Of a stretch of 64,000 nt of DNA, positions 59,311-64,000 are shown piece by piece (the stretch's first letter is position 1; the number at the start of each line of letters is the position of its first letter). This DNA is from Promethearchaeota archaeon (GTDB lineage: Archaea; Asgardarchaeota; Lokiarchaeia; Sigyniarchaeales; SOKP01), in contig JBHLLT010000001.1 in the NCBI GenBank assembly GCA_048938855.1, forward strand, positions 470,541 to 534,540. The letters are read 5' to 3'. Below the pieces are notes generated by a model. It searched no databases, had not been told where the DNA came from, and saw nothing but the letters and a program-made list of their open reading frames with translations. The translations under genes and the position numbers were made by a program.

Positions 59311-59694
59311 GAATATTTTCCCAAGTATAATTTTTTACAATAATCTCAAATATAAGATAAAAATTGCTATATAAATAAAATTCATCAATAATTTTTAAGT
59401 CATAGATTTTGCTAAAGTTAAATATTATTATTAGTGAAGGGTTTTTTACTTCTCAATGGGTTTTTTTTCAATCTTTCTAAAATTTTCGATTCTATGTCAA
59501 AAGCGGTAATTTAAACTATTGGATTCTCAAAAAGCGCTGGAAGTGTGTAGATTCAGAGATGCTCCAGGATCTATTATCAAATAATAATAAGAGATACAAG
59601 ATTAGGACTTTTTTAAATTTCATCCCAATTTTCTGTGAAATTGGAATGGAAAGGTAAATTTAGTATCTGATTTTGATGAAAATTCAATGAATTT

Positions 59695-61551
59695 TTAAAG
59701 TTTGTTTAATCCTAATTTCTTTAATTTTTCTTGGTCTAATTCTCCTGTTTGAATATTCCAAGATCTGTATTTATAGTACTCTTGTTTTAGTTGTTCAAAG
59801 TTGGGGGTTTTACCCGCAGATTCAGTTCCTTCCAGTGGGTTAAGGAGTATTTTGGGTAGTTTATCATCCCTAGGTGAAACACCCATTTTCAGATTAAAAA
59901 GCCGTTTAATCGTAAAAATTCTTTCTCCTATGATTTTAAGTTTTTCTAGTTCACAATCGATTCCAGTGCATGTTTGGACTAATTCAGCAATTATCGATGG
60001 TAATGGATTTGCGAAAACACACATAAGTAGGGAACTATAAAGCGCTCGATAATCCTGCAAACGTGCACACATTATAGCCATTTCAGTATCATCTCTATGC
60101 CTTTCAACAGTGGTTATCCCAAACTCCTCTAGAGGAATTCCTAATGAGATGGTGCACATATCACATGTATTATGACAAGGTCCTCTTGGTGCTGCTACTG
60201 CATATGCTATTGCCATCCCAAAATTAGCTCTTAAATCATGATAAGGGACTTCCATTCCATAAACAGTAGCGATTTCATCTTGCGAAATTTTAAATTTTTT
60301 TCCAACAGTATCCGAACCCTCAGCTAATAAATCACCTATACCTTTTCTAAGTGAGATTTTCTTAATCAATTCTAAAGCTGGTTTAATCTCTCCCCATTTT
60401 GGATTAAGATTATCAATATCTTCTGATTCTATTTTTCCATTGTTAAATAAATAATAAATAAATGCAATAGTGCTGCTACTACTAATCGTATCAATTCCAT
60501 AATCATTGCATAATTCATTAGCTTTAACTATTGACTCAATATTATCATTTAAAAGCATTGAACCAAAGCCAGCATGTGTTTGATATTCTGGAGCTTCAAC
60601 TTCCCCTTCAGTTTTATAATCACCTGTGTCTATATCAGCTTTTTTAGCACATCCAATTGGGCAAGCAAAGCAAGGATATTTTTTTGTAATAAACTTTTCC
60701 TTAGCAGTTGGACCAGATATATTGAAAGCACCATCCCACTCATCACCAAGGATCCAATATTGTTTTGGCAATTCTCCTGTAAAATTCCACATATCTATTC
60801 CTGCTGTTGTTCCAATATCACTATACATCCTGGAATTAAATGCTTGGTTCACATCATCTAATGCTTCTTGAACTGATTGTTTAAACTTTTTGGGATCTGC
60901 TGCTTCAAATTGTTTTTTTTTAGCTCTGACCGTTATAGCTTTCAATTTTTTGGATCCCATAACTGCTCCCATACCTGTTCTTCCTGCAGCTTTTTCTTCT
61001 GAAGCAATAATCGCATATTTAACTAAATTTTCACCAGCTTGCCCTATACACGCTATTCTTGTTAAATTTGAGCTTGATTGTTCTTTCAAAATTTTTGAGG
61101 TTTCTATTATACCTTTCCCCCATAAAGAGGATGCATCTTTAATATTAGTACCATTATCAGTTATTTCTAGATAGACTGGATTTTCAGAAGCACCTTTTAT
61201 GATAATTCCATCATAACCTGCTTTCTTAAGCTCTGGACCAAAAAAACCACCACAATTGGATTCACCCCAAATTCCTGTATAAGGAGATTTCGCACATACA
61301 ACAAATCTCCCACTAGTAGGAACAGTCGATCCACAGAAAGGACCTGTCATAAACATTAAAATATTCTCTGGAGATAATGGTTCAGTATCCATAGAGATCT
61401 GATCATAGAGATACTTGCAACAGTACCCCGCACCTCCCAAAAATTCTTTTGCTATTTCTTCATTAAGATTTTCTTCAGTGATCTCATTTGTGGTAAGATT
61501 TACTACTAATAACTTTCCTACAAATCCCTTTAAATTTCCCATATCCTTCAC
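59695..61551 (-). CDS. aor: Tungsten-dependent aldehyde:ferredoxin oxidoreductase
   Basis: KSPYTG..GESN.GG, IGQAGENLV, GRTGMGAVMGSKKLKA, CFACPIGC, GIDTIS, DDKLP. Confidence 0.93.
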   Translation of the reverse strand: MKDMGNLKGFVGKLLVVNLTTNEITEENLNEEIAKEFLGGAGYCCKYLYDQISMDTEPLSPENILMFMTGPFCGSTVPTSGRFVVCAKSPYTGIWGESNCGGFFGPELKKAGYDGIIIKGASENPVYLEITDNGTNIKDASSLWGKGIIETSKILKEQSSSNLTRIACIGQAGENLVKYAIIASEEKAAGRTGMGAVMGSKKLKAITVRAKKKQFEAADPKKFKQSVQEALDDVNQAFNSRMYSDIGTTAGIDMWNFTGELPKQYWILGDEWDGAFNISGPTAKEKFITKKYPCFACPIGCAKKADIDTGDYKTEGEVEAPEYQTHAGFGSMLLNDNIESIVKANELCNDYGIDTISSSSTIAFIYYLFNNGKIESEDIDNLNPKWGEIKPALELIKKISLRKGIGDLLAEGSDTVGKKFKISQDEIATVYGMEVPYHDLRANFGMAIAYAVAAPRGPCHNTCDMCTISLGIPLEEFGITTVERHRDDTEMAIMCARLQDYRALYSSLLMCVFANPLPSIIAELVQTCTGIDCELEKLKIIGERIFTIKRLFNLKMGVSPRDDKLPKILLNPLEGTESAGKTPNFEQLKQEYYKYRSWNIQTGELDQEKLKKLGLNKL

Positions 61552-61559
61552 TGTTAAGT

Positions 61560-62759
61560 CTAGAAATCAATGTTTTTTCCATTAAAAGCATAATCATAAA
61601 TTTTTCTAAAGTACTCGTCAGTAATTGATCTTGGCGTCATAACCGCTGTAGCATCTTGAAAACAACACATAATTAAAAGATCCAGATTTTCCTCAAATTC
61701 CTTTTTTGAGACACCTAGATCCTTTAAAGAAGTTGGAAAATCTACAGCATTTTGAAGAGCTTTAATTTTCTCAACTGCTTTAAATGCTGCTTTTTTATTT
61801 TCATCTGCCCACTTAGCCCATCCCATTTGTTTCGCGATCTTTGCATATATTTCTAAAGTATTATCATCTACATCAGGATTGTTAAGACAAAACTGTGAGA
61901 TATAAGGTAGTAAAATTCCAACGGCTCTTCCATGTGGCGTATGAAAAATAGCACCCCAACTATGACCCATCCCATGACCAATATGAACTTGGGAGTTGCT
62001 AAATGCTAAACCTCCCATTGTTGCTGCCTGATGTAGGTAATCTCTTGCCTCTTTATCATGCCCATTCTTGTATGCTATTGGCAAATATTTAAAAATTAAT
62101 TCTATAGCTTTTAAACCCATGGCGTTAGAAAACTCGTTTTTCCAATTAGAAACCATACCTTCAATAGCATGTGATAATGCATCAAAGGCAGTGTCTACTG
62201 TTAAACTTGATGGCATTCCTTCTGGAAATATAGGATCCACTATCGCATAGGTAGGGGTAATGCCTCGATGAGCGTAGATGAATTTTTTCCATACATCATC
62301 TTCAAACTTTGAAATTATAGTACCATTTGACGCTTCCGAACCAGTTCCTGAAGTGGTTGGTATTGCGATAAATTTTGATTTCTTTCCTGTCTCATATAAA
62401 TCAGATCTAAATAGATGGATATCCCCAATATTTAACTCTGGAAATTCATACAAAACCCATGCTGTCTTAGCAGTATCTATTACGGACCCCCCTCCTAAGG
62501 CAATTATTAGCTCTGGAGAATATGATAAACACTCTTCTCTCGCCTTTAATACACCATCTTCTCTGGGATCTGGAATGACTTCATTAAATACTTTGTATTC
62601 TTTTTTAAATTTATCTAGCTTATCTGTTAGAATTTTGAGATAGCCTAATTCTTCGATAATTTTATCAGTAACTATGTAACATTTACTACCTTTAATATCT
62701 TTAAGGAAATCTAGACTATTCTCACCATAAATAATATTTGGACTATAGAAATACCACAT
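61560..62759 (-). CDS. Iron-containing alcohol dehydrogenase
   Basis: GGGSVIDTAK, IPTTSGTGSE, DALSHAIE, HGMGH, PHG. Confidence 0.93.
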   Translation of the reverse strand: MWYFYSPNIIYGENSLDFLKDIKGSKCYIVTDKIIEELGYLKILTDKLDKFKKEYKVFNEVIPDPREDGVLKAREECLSYSPELIIALGGGSVIDTAKTAWVLYEFPELNIGDIHLFRSDLYETGKKSKFIAIPTTSGTGSEASNGTIISKFEDDVWKKFIYAHRGITPTYAIVDPIFPEGMPSSLTVDTAFDALSHAIEGMVSNWKNEFSNAMGLKAIELIFKYLPIAYKNGHDKEARDYLHQAATMGGLAFSNSQVHIGHGMGHSWGAIFHTPHGRAVGILLPYISQFCLNNPDVDDNTLEIYAKIAKQMGWAKWADENKKAAFKAVEKIKALQNAVDFPTSLKDLGVSKKEFEENLDLLIMCCFQDATAVMTPRSITDEYFRKIYDYAFNGKNIDF

Positions 62760-62820
62760 TTTTTACCCTCATAAAATTATTAGAAAACTTTTGATAAAAA
62801 AAAATAAAATTTGAATTCAA

Positions 62821-63222
62821 TTATAAATAATCTGTTTCGAAACTTCCAAGACTATTGACAATTTCTAATGCTGCTTTAGTATGCCGCATTAATTTTGCCA
62901 TATCTCCCTCAAGTCTTAATTTACCCGCCATTATCGCTCTAATAGGATCAATTTCTTTTTTCATCACTAATACGAAATTATCATAGGGTCCTGCCATGAT
63001 GTATTCTGTTTCAATTTCTTCTCCTTCTGGTACCAATTTAGTACCAGTACATTCTCCATGATATAATCCTATAAAGATTCTAACTTCGTGATCTAAATTT
63101 CCACTAGGTTCAATGACTAGAAGCATATCTCCCTCCCAAGTTAAAGCTGATGGTTTATAATTCGGATTTTCATTGATAGCTTTACCGAATGCTTCAACCC
63201 ATTCTTCTGTTAAGATTTTCAT
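62821..63222 (-). CDS. SCP2 sterol/lipid-binding domain protein
   Basis: EW......INEN..Y...A..WEGD; DPIRAIMAGKLRLEGDM. Confidence 0.88.
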   Translation of the reverse strand: MKILTEEWVEAFGKAINENPNYKPSALTWEGDMLLVIEPSGNLDHEVRIFIGLYHGECTGTKLVPEGEEIETEYIMAGPYDNFVLVMKKEIDPIRAIMAGKLRLEGDMAKLMRHTKAALEIVNSLGSFETDYL

Positions 63223-63322
63223 ATATTACACTTCTTTATACATTTTGATTTATTTTAATCGATTTATAATATTAAATATATAATTGGATAAAAAGGAATA
63301 TAAGATTTCAACTTTTTTTTGT

Positions 63323-64000
63323 TTATGTTAGAGTTAAATCCAAATGAATATCTGTTAATGGATATGCCACACAAGGATGAATAAAACCAAATTCTTGATC
63401 AATCTCTCTCATTTTAACTTCCGGAAGCATAAAAACTCTGCCAGATTTTAATTTGGTTCTACATAAAGCACATGCACCTGAACGACAACCACTATTGATT
63501 AATAATTCAAAACTCCTTTTTCTTTCAAGACTATTTAATAATGGTTCTATACATGGAACTTCTATAGTTTCTTGGACTTTTTTTCCTTGTTTTATGAAAT
63601 CTAATACAACCTTTACCTTATTTGATGCTGTAATTTCTTTTGGCCAACCTACTGTTTTAGTGATGTCATCAGGAACCCCATACAATTCATATATACTACG
63701 AGATCTGGGAATATTTAACTCTTCTAATTGTTCTTCTATAAAGGAATACATAGCCCTATTTCCAACAATATAAAAAAATTTTTCCTCAATACTCTTTATT
63801 TCATCTAAGATTATCTCTTTTGTAATGAAACCACAGGTGCCATCCCAATTTGTTTCTGGTTCTGATAGGATATACTTTATCTTGATATTAGAACGTCGAG
63901 ATTGAATACTATCTAATTCAGCCCTAAACAATATATCTTCTTCTGTTAAACACCCAAAAAACAGCCAAACATTCAACTTCAAATTAAACTCAGTAATGTT
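63323..64000 (-). CDS. FNR-type NAD(P)-binding oxidoreductase with C-terminal 2Fe-2S ferredoxin (5' part beyond window)
   Basis: Frame is open to the window end; DILFRAEL, W.G..GFI, C-terminal GCRSGACALC...HPCVAYP. Confidence 0.88.
   Translation of the reverse strand, partial: NITEFNLKLNVWLFFGCLTEEDILFRAELDSIQSRRSNIKIKYILSEPETNWDGTCGFITKEIILDEIKSIEEKFFYIVGNRAMYSFIEEQLEELNIPRSRSIYELYGVPDDITKTVGWPKEITASNKVKVVLDFIKQGKKVQETIEVPCIEPLLNSLERKRSFELLINSGCRSGACALCRTKLKSGRVFMLPEVKMREIDQEFGFIHPCVAYPLTDIHLDLTLT

Noticed and set aside
692-63773. Numerous short ORFs antisense to or nested in assigned genes (e.g. 692-994, 20051-20335, 30367-30738, 39303-39506, 56473-56898, 62278-62643)
   Set aside because: Shadow frames of well-supported CDSs, with no motifs and atypical composition
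1-64000. tRNA or rRNA genes
   Set aside because: No GC-rich structured intergenic segment or T-loop/cloverleaf pattern was recognised; a tRNAscan-SE/Infernal run would be needed to exclude them fully

Overview
AT-rich archaeal chromosomal segment, almost certainly from an Asgard archaeon (Lokiarchaeia/Promethearchaeota). The assignment rests on the combination of eukaryotic-signature proteins (Rab-like GTPase, Rag/Gtr-like GTPase with a C-terminal roadblock-like domain, strongly eukaryote-like presenilin), H4MPT/F420 C1 enzymes (mch, mtd, ftr), an archaeal/eukaryotic-type GlyRS and many TPR proteins. The left ~43 kb is mixed housekeeping: glycine cleavage, purine/MTA salvage, nucleases, two large cell-surface proteins and radical SAM enzymes. 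The right ~21 kb is a lipid/acyl-CoA catabolism supercluster (ACAD, Cys-less thiolase plus DUF35, BKACE, LLM, acyl-CoA ligase, FadH, crotonase, AOR, Fe-ADH, SCP2, FNR-2Fe2S). It contains a compositionally distinct five-gene block (two ADC-like paralogs, CrtI-like oxidoreductase, SDR, SnoaL/NTF2) that may be an uncharacterised lipid-modifying system. I recognised no rRNA, tRNA, CRISPR array or transposase. All assignments come from motif recognition by eye; no database searches were run.
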